This document shows positions 9,981-17,732 of a stretch of 32,000 bases of DNA, one piece after another. The stretch is taken from contig CP091278.1 in NCBI GenBank assembly GCA_021650895.1, positions 323,736 through 355,735 on the forward strand. Direction: 5' to 3'. How positions within the stretch are numbered: the stretch's first letter is position 1; the number at the start of each line of letters is the position of its first letter. The notes beneath the pieces were generated by a model. The model ran no database searches, was not told the DNA's origin, and worked only from the letters and a program-made list of their open reading frames with translations. This DNA is from Candidatus Jettenia sp. GTDB lineage: Bacteria; Planctomycetota; Brocadiia; Brocadiales; Brocadiaceae. The translations under genes and the position numbers were made by a program.

Positions 9981-10028
9981 TGTGTCATGTCGCAGTGTGT
10001 GACAAGACACTTCTGTGTCATGTCACAT
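9981..10028 (+). promoter_or_regulatory. Two direct copies of the TGTGTCATGTC(G/A)CA motif, 34 bp apart
   Basis: Copies at 9981-9994 and 10015-10028, starting about 30 nt after the stop codon of paralog 2. Confidence 0.3.
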
Positions 10029-10567
10029 TTCATGTTGGTAAAATATGTACGATAATCTGATCCTGAAAGCATATGTGAATAGCCTTATCTATTTGTTATA
10101 AAAAGATATAAGAACGGTCTGTTCTGGTTATACATAATGAATTCATGATGAAATTCATCGTGTAGATTAAGAGTCAATTCTGGTTGAATGTTGTGCCATC
10201 TTACCTATGATTCTGGATTATCGAACATGTTAGAAAAACCATGCTTATGTAGCCTTATGATTTAGTATCTTGTAGCACAAAAGGTATGGAAGACCTGTCC
10301 TGCAGTAATTGAAATTTCATAAGATTATATGTTAGCTAAATTTATGCACATACCATATTGAAATTCTGTTAAAATTTAGCGCTTTAAATCAATGATATAA
10401 AGCTTTTTTCTTTTCTCTGTTTCCTCTTTGCGTTTGTACATTAATGGTCTGTTTTTTGCTTACAAGACTATGAGAAGTAAGCTGCTTTTTAATAAAAACT
10501 TAAGAATATGTATAGGAATTTCAAAGTTTTTCATGATACCGTTAACACATCCCTAATTCCAATTTGT

Positions 10568-10710
10568 AGAGACGCAAGATGCTGCGTCTCTCCAGGGAAA
10601 TGAACCCACCCCTAACCCCTCCCAAAGAGGGGACTTTTTTATTCCCCTCTTGGGAGGGGTTAGGGGTGGGTAAAAAGCCGTTGGGTTTTGTCGTTTAAAA
10701 CTCAGTCTAA
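10568..10710. repeat. Family-D composite palindromic element (intact copy)
   Basis: Hairpin AGAGACGCA-AGATGC-TGCGTCTCT (10568-10591), then ~29-bp inverted arms ACCCACCCCTAACCCCTCCC.. / ..GGGAGGGGTTAGGGGTGGGT (10604-10671), then a tail. A second copy at 13861-14750 is split. Confidence 0.75.
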
Positions 10711-10805
10711 TTTATTTGTTATTAAGAGTATGATACTGGTAGGTTATCAAAGTTCTGATAAGAAAAATACCTTATTACCCTGTTTTGTAAATTGGAGATT
10801 TCAGA

Positions 10806-11963
10806 TTGGAGATATCAAAATTTATTTATACATTGACTGAAAATGAACAGGCAAGGCTATTGCTCGCTGGCTTGAATGACCTTGCGTATATCTATGATAC
10901 AGAGGGAAATATTGTATTTGTAAACAAAGTATTTGAGAAGCTAACAGGACATAAAGCGGAAGAATTCTGTGGAAAACCATTCACGTCCCTTTTTGAAGAA
11001 GATGATATAAAAAAGGCACTGGACACTTATACAAGAACGCTTCAGGGGGAAAGCCCGCACTATGAAATCTATTTTAGAAATACAAAAGTATTCTGTGAGT
11101 ATAAGAATTCTCCTTTGACAGATGAGGGGGGAAATATAATTGGAGTTGCTGGTATTGCCAGAGATATTACCCTCCGTAAGGAACGCGAAGAAAAATTGAA
11201 AGCACTTAACAAATCTTTAGAAAAACGGGTAGTTGAACATTCAACAAAACTCATGAAGATAAATGAAGAATTAACAGAAGAAATGAACGATCATAAACGG
11301 ATAGAGACAGAATTCAAACAAGATATTGAGAAGTTACAGAGGTCTTTAAGGATAATTATTCATATTCTTGCCTCTACGATTGAGTCGAAAGACATTTTTG
11401 CGGCGGATCACCAAAAACGTGTAACCCGGCTTGCCCGATGTATAGCAGAAGAGATGGGTCTTTTAAAGGACAGGGTTGATAGTATCTGTTTGGCAGCCGC
11501 TCTCCATGATATAGGAAAAGTGTCTGTGCCGGCAGAGATCCTTGGAAAAGTTGAGCAGCTCACCGAGAGTGAGTTGAATGTGCTTAAGGCTCATTCGAGG
11601 GTAGGCTATGATATAGTAAGAGAAATAGAATTTCCTTCCCCTGTTGCTCAAATTGTGCTTCAGCATCATGAGAGAATTGATGGTTCCGGATATCCCATGC
11701 GTCTGACAAGTAAAGATATACTTTTGGAAGCCAAGATTTTAAGTGTGGCCGATGTTGTAGAGGCGATATCCTTTCCCCGTCCTTATCGGTCAACCTTTGG
11801 TCTGGATAATGCGCTGGAGGAGATCTCCCGAAACAAGGGCATTCTTTACGATTTTAATGTGGTGAACGCCTGTCTGACTGTTTTTCATGAAAAAGGATTT
11901 ACCTTTGAACAGGAATTATACTCAAATGTAAAACTGCTCGATGACGTTTTATTGAGGAGATAA
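10806..11963 (+). CDS. PAS-domain HD-GYP phosphohydrolase (c-di-GMP phosphodiesterase family)
   Basis: HD motif ALHDIGK and HHERIDGSGYP. TTG start with a GGAGA Shine-Dalgarno 7 nt upstream; there is no nearby in-frame ATG. Confidence 0.85.
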   Translation: MEISKFIYTLTENEQARLLLAGLNDLAYIYDTEGNIVFVNKVFEKLTGHKAEEFCGKPFTSLFEEDDIKKALDTYTRTLQGESPHYEIYFRNTKVFCEYKNSPLTDEGGNIIGVAGIARDITLRKEREEKLKALNKSLEKRVVEHSTKLMKINEELTEEMNDHKRIETEFKQDIEKLQRSLRIIIHILASTIESKDIFAADHQKRVTRLARCIAEEMGLLKDRVDSICLAAALHDIGKVSVPAEILGKVEQLTESELNVLKAHSRVGYDIVREIEFPSPVAQIVLQHHERIDGSGYPMRLTSKDILLEAKILSVADVVEAISFPRPYRSTFGLDNALEEISRNKGILYDFNVVNACLTVFHEKGFTFEQELYSNVKLLDDVLLRR

Positions 11964-12159
11964 TTTTGTTACCTAATAGTGGGATACAGATTAGCACAGA
12001 TAAGTACAAATAAAATAATGATGCGGGTGTTTTATGTAACTTACCCAATAGGTAATTAACTGTGCTTCTCTCTACGAATAAAAAATCTGTGTTCTTTATC
12101 GTCGTATTTCATAACACAAGTGTAAAGTCTGGAGTACCTTCGAAAGAGGATAATAGTAC

Positions 12160-12438
12160 ATGAGAACCAATAAATTCTTTGTATGTCCAAACTGTGGCAA
12201 TATCAAAAAATTTAAAGTATTTACGAGTAATTTTCAAATAGTTACACAATCCCCGGAATTAGGAATACGCATGAATGAAAGCGGTGTTTTGCCTAATTTG
12301 CGGCAGGCAGATAATTATATTGAATGTCAGTTGTGTTTTAAAAAATCAGAATACGATGCAGCAGTAAATCTTGGTGAGAAATATATCAAAGACATATCAA
12401 ATCAACCCAGAGAATTAAGGCGGTATACTGAGATATAA
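12160..12438 (+). CDS. Small Zn-ribbon protein of unknown function
   Basis: 92 aa with CPNC ... CQLC pairs. AGAGGA Shine-Dalgarno upstream. I recognise no family. Confidence 0.55.
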   Translation: MRTNKFFVCPNCGNIKKFKVFTSNFQIVTQSPELGIRMNESGVLPNLRQADNYIECQLCFKKSEYDAAVNLGEKYIKDISNQPRELRRYTEI

Positions 12439-12464
12439 AAAGTAGTTAATCTGGCAAAGCAAAG

Positions 12465-12482
12465 TGTATGCTATAACATACA
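12465..12482 (+). promoter_or_regulatory. Candidate enhancer (UAS) site 1: TGTATG-N6-CATACA
   Basis: Perfect 6-bp half sites. It shares the 11-mer ATAACATACAG with the site at 12564-12580. Confidence 0.4.
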
Positions 12483-12563
12483 GTGTTGTATGATTTAAAA
12501 ACAGACAAACATGCATATAAAGATTTTATTTTAGAATACTTATGACAATTTATAAGTAAAACA

Positions 12564-12580
12564 GTATGAATAACATACAG
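12564..12580 (+). promoter_or_regulatory. Candidate enhancer (UAS) site 2: GTATG-N5-CATAC
   Basis: GTATGAATAACATACAG, about 100 bp from site 1 and about 145 bp upstream of the -24/-12 element. Confidence 0.4.
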
Positions 12581-12708
12581 AAAGTACGAATAAAAATTTC
12601 TCTTTATGGAAAAGGGATGCTATAATAAACTAAATACAGGTATTGTAATAAGTTATGTTTTAAATAGTTATATATTATCCTTGTAGAAATTTTCGCATAA
12701 GGCGTTCT

Positions 12709-12725
12709 TGGCAGGTACATTGCTA
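12709..12725 (+). promoter_or_regulatory. Sigma-54 (-24/-12) promoter candidate for the PAS-GGDEF gene
   Basis: TGGCAG-GTACA-TTGCTA compared with the consensus TGGCAC-N5-TTGCW: correct GG/GC spacing and one mismatch. The 3' end of the element (12725) lies 85 nt upstream of ATG 12810. Confidence 0.6.
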
Positions 12726-12809
12726 ATGATGGCAATGTTACACAGCACTAAAAATAATTTTGCATGATATCTTGTGTTTGGTGTCTGTTTGTAGAAATAA
12801 ACAAGATTA

Positions 12810-13814
12810 ATGAAAGATGCAATGAAGCTAATTGAAAATTATAAAAAAATAAGAGTTTTGAATAAAGCATTAAATATAGTGCCAAATCACGTGAAGACGG
12901 AAGTAAACCATTATGCCCTAGTTGAAACATTTGTAGATGCTATTATATCGGCAAATCAGGAAGGGCGTATTGTTTATTGTAACCCTGCAGCAAAAAAGAT
13001 GTTTGGATATCAGGAAGAGATCATTGGTTGCGATATTACTGTCCTTATGCCTGAACGATATCGGCTAAAATATCAAATAGGTATGACGAAGTATATAAAT
13101 ACAGGGCTAACAAGGATTATAGGACAAACCATAGAGTCAGTTGGTTTAAAGAAGGATGGTATTGAATTTCCCATAGAGTTATCTGTATCGGCATCCATGG
13201 TTGATGACCGATATTTTTTTACCGGTATTATCCGGGATATTACTGAAAGAAAGTGTACGGAGTTTAAACTCCTTGAGTCTAATAGGAAATTGCAAGAGCT
13301 TTCTATTAAGGATAGTTTAACGAATTTATATAATCGGCGCCATACTTTTCATGTAATGGAAATTGAATTCAACAGGGCAAAAAGATATCAAAAATCCCTC
13401 TCATGTTTAATGATCGATATAGATTATTTTAAAAATATCAATGATCTCTATGGTCATCCCTTTGGAGATAAAGTACTCGTACATTTCTCCTCCTTTTTAC
13501 TCAATATGATACGCTCTACCGATATAGTTTCCCGATATGGAGGTGAAGAGTTTCTTGTTATTCTTCCCGATGTAGATATAAAGGGTGCTATGGACTTTGC
13601 TGAAAGATTACGGGAAGCCGTATCTAAACATACTATAGAGGATAAAGAAAGGAATATAAATGCAGCATTGAGCATCAGTGTTGGAGTCAGCTCTTTTACA
13701 GATAGTACACTTAATAAAGAAGAAATAATAAGCCAGGCAGATAAAGCCCTTTACGAGGCCAAGCGATCGGGAAGAAACAGAGTTTGCTGTATTCAAACTT
13801 GTAAGACTGTTTAA
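12810..13814 (+). CDS. PAS-GGDEF diguanylate cyclase
   Basis: GGEEF active site (RYGGEEF) with an RxxD I-site (RSTD) five residues upstream. N-terminal PAS domain. Confidence 0.9.
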   Translation: MKDAMKLIENYKKIRVLNKALNIVPNHVKTEVNHYALVETFVDAIISANQEGRIVYCNPAAKKMFGYQEEIIGCDITVLMPERYRLKYQIGMTKYINTGLTRIIGQTIESVGLKKDGIEFPIELSVSASMVDDRYFFTGIIRDITERKCTEFKLLESNRKLQELSIKDSLTNLYNRRHTFHVMEIEFNRAKRYQKSLSCLMIDIDYFKNINDLYGHPFGDKVLVHFSSFLLNMIRSTDIVSRYGGEEFLVILPDVDIKGAMDFAERLREAVSKHTIEDKERNINAALSISVGVSSFTDSTLNKEEIISQADKALYEAKRSGRNRVCCIQTCKTV

Positions 13815-13860
13815 AAAGAATAACTGTATCCGTATCTTTAAAATACTAACACAGGACGTG

Positions 13861-14750
13861 GAGACGCAAGATTTTGCGTCTCTCAGGGGAATGAACCCAC
13901 CCTTAACCCCATATACATCAAGCTAAAATAGGGAAACGGTGAAGAATAACATAATCCCCCTTAATCCCCTTTTAGAAAACTTATCCTTATCCACATCTTT
14001 AAATACCACAAAGAGCACGAAGTACACGAAGAATAAGAGAGTTCCAAATCTCAATAAATTCTTTTTATGATCGATCCCTTCTTGAGGCGATGTGAGTGTG
14101 AGTGAGAAAACACTGACACTGACACTAAACAAAAAGCAACACACCCCTACCTCAATTGTAAAGACGCAAAATCTTGCGTCTCTACGCCCTTTCTTCGTGT
14201 ACTTCGTGCTCTTTGTGGTATTTAAAGATGTGGGTAAGGATAAGTTTAAAAAGGGGGAAAGAAAGATAAATTTAGAAAAGAGGGAACGAGGGATTTCCCC
14301 CTTTTCTAAAACACCCATATATTTTCCCCTTTTTTAAAGGGGGATCAAGGGGGATTGTAGGTGGCTTGTTATTCTTCACCATTTCCCTATTTTAGCTTGA
14401 TGCATATGCCCCTAACCTCCCTTTTAGAAAAAGGGGGAAAAGAAGGATAAGTTTAGAAAAGCAGGGTGGCACGGACAAACCGTGTCCCCGTACGTCTTGA
14501 ACGGGGACATGGTTTGTCCATGGTGTTCGAATACACCCGCGGATAGGGAATATACCACACTGACAAACAGAGTTTGTCAGTGCCACCCAGGAAGAGGCTT
14601 AAAAAGAGAATAAAAATTTCACGAGAGACGCCCCCGGCGAGATATCTCTATATTCTAAAGATGTGGGTAAGGATAAGCTGGACGGGAGGGGATTGAGGGG
14701 TGGGTAAAAAAAGTTGCTGGATTTTATCTTTTAAAACCCAACCTAACTAA
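13861..14750. repeat. Nested repeat block: a family-D element split by about 770 bp of other repeats
   Basis: The left D half (13861-13910) and right D half (about 14685-14745) match 10568-10710. Between them lie a large imperfect palindrome (arms 13911-14033 and 14191-14407) and family-E copy 1. The 21-mer AAAGATGTGGGTAAGGATAAG occurs at 14224-14244 and 14657-14677, and in reverse orientation at 13980-14000. Confidence 0.75.
14464..14677 (+). repeat. Family-E element copy 1, containing a 125-nt cloverleaf-like module (14464-14588)
   Basis: About 90% identical by eye to 17495-17711. Module helices: P1 GGGTGGC/GCCACCC, P2 a 19-bp hairpin, P3 GGTGT-TCGAAT-ACACC, P4 a 10-bp hairpin. Confidence 0.75.
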
Positions 14751-14891
14751 AGTGGTAAAGAAATATCTCAGAGTAGAGTAAAATTGCTTATTTGACCCAG
14801 CCTGCTTGCTCCCCGCGTGAATGTAGACAGGGATAGCAAATCTAAAAGTTTTTCCTATAGAATTGCATTTCCTAAACATTTGTTATTCCCA

Positions 14892-14963
14892 AATGTCTGT
14901 GTCGGGAATCCAGTCTCCTTTCCTGTTTTTCTTCCTCATACCGGGATTTCCGACACAGACATT
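14892..14963. repeat. Long hairpin AATGTCTGTGTCGGGAATCC ... GGATTTCCGACACAGACATT
   Basis: 20-nt arms with 19/20 complementarity and a 32-nt pyrimidine-rich loop. Confidence 0.7.
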
Positions 14964-15108
14964 CAGGAATGGCAAGAAGAACCATCGTGGATTCAAACCC
15001 ACGCTCTTGTTCCTTCTCTGGTGCGCCAAATCATTCCCAGGTTTCACGTGTCCATTCCTAATTATAGAGAATGCACTCCGAGAGAATTTTAAGCAGTTGA
15101 AATTGTCA

Positions 15109-15137
15109 TTGACATTAATTTTGTAAACTTGTAAAAT
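15109..15137 (+). promoter_or_regulatory. Sigma-70-type promoter candidate upstream of acpS
   Basis: TTGACA (15109-15114), a 17-nt spacer, then TAAAAT (15132-15137). It lies about 70 nt upstream of ATG 15209. Confidence 0.5.
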
Positions 15138-15208
15138 GCCGTTTTCTCAGTGACAGATACTTGTATGATAAGTAGTTACAATAATTCCCATTATTGCATG
15201 AAATACGT

Positions 15209-15586
15209 ATGTACATTGGCATTGATATAATAGAAATAAAACGTATTGAAAGATTATTTTCTTCTAATGAGGGTTTTTTGAAGAAAATTTATACGGAAAA
15301 AGAAGTAGAATACTGTAATCAAAAAAAGAATAAATATCAGCATTTTGCAGCGCGTTTTGCTACCAAAGAGGCTGTATTCAAGGCATTAGGGACGGGCTGG
15401 ATAGGCACTATGAAATGGACAGATATTGAGTTGTTAAACGACGAAATGGGAAAACCGTATTTGAACCTTTATGGAAGTGTAAAAGAACTGGCAAATAAAA
15501 AGAATATTAACAATATTTCTGTATCAGTATCCCATTGCCGGGATTATGCTATTGCTCAGGTATTATTAGTGCCAGGTAGTATATGA
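15209..15586 (+). CDS. acpS: Holo-[acyl-carrier-protein] synthase (4'-phosphopantetheinyl transferase)
   Basis: MYIGIDIIEIKRI.. N-terminus, FAARFATKEAVFKALG and ISVSHCRDYAIAQV motifs, and about 125 aa are all typical of AcpS. The ORF track opens at TTG 15194; ATG 15209 fits the family N-terminus. Confidence 0.85.
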   Translation: MYIGIDIIEIKRIERLFSSNEGFLKKIYTEKEVEYCNQKKNKYQHFAARFATKEAVFKALGTGWIGTMKWTDIELLNDEMGKPYLNLYGSVKELANKKNINNISVSVSHCRDYAIAQVLLVPGSI

Positions 15587-15676
15587 AAATCTCAAACAGA
15601 GAAAAGTATAAAGGGTATCTGTGTGATTTCTATAGATAAGTTTTGACAATACTTACTAACGCCAGAGGGAACTTTC

Positions 15677-17155
15677 ATGAAAAAACTCGTACTGATTAAT
15701 CCTCATCCGATTGGAAATGTTGGGGAAGAAAACGTTTCTGTGCTAAATCAGATGCCGGTGAATCTCGGTTATCTTAAGAGATTAACACCGCAGCATTGGC
15801 AGGTTGATATTATTGATGAGACCCAGGAGCTTGCTATTGACAGCGCAGGGAATATTACTTTCAGTGGGGCAGATCTGGTGGGTATTACATCGGTAAGTTA
15901 TCAGGCTCATCGCGCCTACCAAATAGCTACTGCCTGCAAAAAAAAAGGCATACCTGTCATTATGGGTGGAATTCATGCTACGAGCTATCCGGAAGAGGTT
16001 GCAAAATATGTAGATTGTGTTGTTACCAGAGAGGCTATAACAATATGGGAAAAGATACTGGCTGATTTTGAAAATGGTGTTCTTCAAAAGAGATACGATG
16101 GTAATCTGACACCTATGGAGCTTTATCGTGATCTGAGGTCTGATAGGGAATATTTGAAGAATAAATACAAATATAGATATTCAGGCATCATAACGACGGC
16201 CGGATGCCCGTTTAGTTGCGAGTTTTGTTCTGTTCCTCAGTTTCAGGGTAAAAAATATCGGGAAAGGCCTATTGAAGACGTCCTGGATGAATTAGAATCC
16301 ATTAAGGGTCAATATCGTGGCCTGATATTAACGGATGAAAACTTTTATGGACATAGTAAAAAATCCAACGAGCGTGTTCGTGCACTTTTCAAGGGTATGG
16401 TAGAAAGAGGTATTTATCAAAATTGGTTTGGTTTTACCTCTCTTAATATTTACTCAGATGACGAAACTCTTGAATATATGGTCAAGAGCGGATGCGTTGG
16501 GGTGCTTATTGGAATTGAATCTATCAACGAAGAAGCCCTGAAAACCATGAATAAAAATGTGAATTTGCGTATCTCAATAGAGAAGTATTTCGAGGCAATT
16601 GCTAACATCCGTAAACACGGTCTTGCTGTATGGGGGACTATGGTTTTCGGAAACGATGCCGATACGCCTGAGACATTTAAGCAAGTTGCTGATTTTGTTT
16701 TAGACTCTCACGTAGATATTATGACGTGCGGCATTTTATGCCCATTTATTAACACGCCGCTTTATCATAGATTAAAAAGTGATAATAGACTTTTTCGGAC
16801 AAATTTTCCTGAGGACTGGAAGTATTATACATCTCATCACCTTACCTATATCCTTAAGAATATGTCTCTCCAGGAGCTTATTGATGGCTTTCAATATCTC
16901 TATGATAAAATTTATGCTACGGAGGTGTTACGACAAAGATTCCAGAATGCTAAGGACGTGTTGAGTAAGAATATGAATGCCGCTATGTTTGCATTCAGGG
17001 TCAATTTAGACTGGCAGAACGTGTATCAGCACTTGATCCAAAATTTAAAAGAATTGCAGGCATCAGGATTTTACGATGAGGTCCTGAAGCTCTATAATGA
17101 ATCGGAAAGACAAGGGAAAAAAACATCATTGACGCCAATTGAGGTCCCATCATAA
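15677..17155 (+). CDS. B12-binding-domain radical SAM enzyme (class B rSAM)
   Basis: N-terminal Rossmann-like cobalamin domain (..VIMGGIHAT..). CPFSCEFC CX3CX2C cluster motif with Cys codons at 16205, 16217 and 16226. GAGGGA Shine-Dalgarno. Confidence 0.85.
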   Translation: MKKLVLINPHPIGNVGEENVSVLNQMPVNLGYLKRLTPQHWQVDIIDETQELAIDSAGNITFSGADLVGITSVSYQAHRAYQIATACKKKGIPVIMGGIHATSYPEEVAKYVDCVVTREAITIWEKILADFENGVLQKRYDGNLTPMELYRDLRSDREYLKNKYKYRYSGIITTAGCPFSCEFCSVPQFQGKKYRERPIEDVLDELESIKGQYRGLILTDENFYGHSKKSNERVRALFKGMVERGIYQNWFGFTSLNIYSDDETLEYMVKSGCVGVLIGIESINEEALKTMNKNVNLRISIEKYFEAIANIRKHGLAVWGTMVFGNDADTPETFKQVADFVLDSHVDIMTCGILCPFINTPLYHRLKSDNRLFRTNFPEDWKYYTSHHLTYILKNMSLQELIDGFQYLYDKIYATEVLRQRFQNAKDVLSKNMNAAMFAFRVNLDWQNVYQHLIQNLKELQASGFYDEVLKLYNESERQGKKTSLTPIEVPS

Positions 17156-17365
17156 AACCTGTCAACACCTAACTATAGAGTTAGCAAATTACTATACTCA
17201 AGACAGAAACTTATTTTCATGGTCTTTTTACGTTATATTAACAATTAACAGGTCAGCGTATACACGGGAGATGGGTGAATACGTTGACCTCTGTTGTTTT
17301 ACCAGTTAAAATAGATATATCAGCAGAGTTCATAATTACAGAAAATAGCGCTCGGACAAGAATCT

Positions 17366-17711
17366 TATCTTTACCCACAAGCATTCTCCCCCTTTTCTAA
17401 AGGGGGTTAGGGGGGATTAGAGGGAAACATGGACACACGTTGTTCTTTTTACCGCTCAGAGAGGTAAATTTGAGTAGTGCGATAAGACAAAACGGGGTGG
17501 CACGGACAAACCGTGTCCCCGTACGCCTTGAACGGGGACATGGTTTGTCCGTGTTGTTCGAATACACCCGTGGATAGGGAATATACCACACTGACAAACG
17601 GAGTTTGTCAGTGCCACCCAGGAATGGGCTTGCAGAGAATAACAATTTCACGAGAGACGTCCCCGGCCAGACATCTTTTCATAGTATTCTAAAGATGTGG
17701 GTAAGGATAAG
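17366..17711 (+). mobile_element. Family-E element copy 2 (MITE-like, with inverted termini), containing the 125-nt module at 17495-17619
   Basis: Left end CTTATCTTTACCCACA (17366-) and right end TGTGGGTAAGGATAAG (-17711) are inverted. The core matches 14464-14677. Confidence 0.65.
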
Positions 17712-17732
17712 GACAAGAATGGAGCATGGGTT

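Noticed and set aside
13923-14337. ORFs 13923-14318 (-) and 14092-14337 (+)
   Set aside because: Both run through the arms of the large palindrome and mirror each other's sequence (FFVYFVLFVVFKDV appears in both). They are repeat artefacts.
14522-14537. GGTGTTCGAATACACC resembles a tRNA T-arm, and the 7-bp closing stem resembles an acceptor stem, so a tRNA gene was considered
   Set aside because: The loop is 6 nt rather than 7 and the arm is not adjacent to the 3' acceptor strand. There is no anticodon or D arm of tRNA dimensions (P2 is a 19-bp hairpin), and the module is 125 nt long. I kept it as a tRNA-like or repeat-borne structure, not a tRNA.
14817-15126. ORFs 14817-15092 and 14863-15126 upstream of acpS
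   Set aside because: They overlap each other in different frames across the 14892-14963 hairpin. They have no Shine-Dalgarno, a low-complexity composition and no recognisable motifs.
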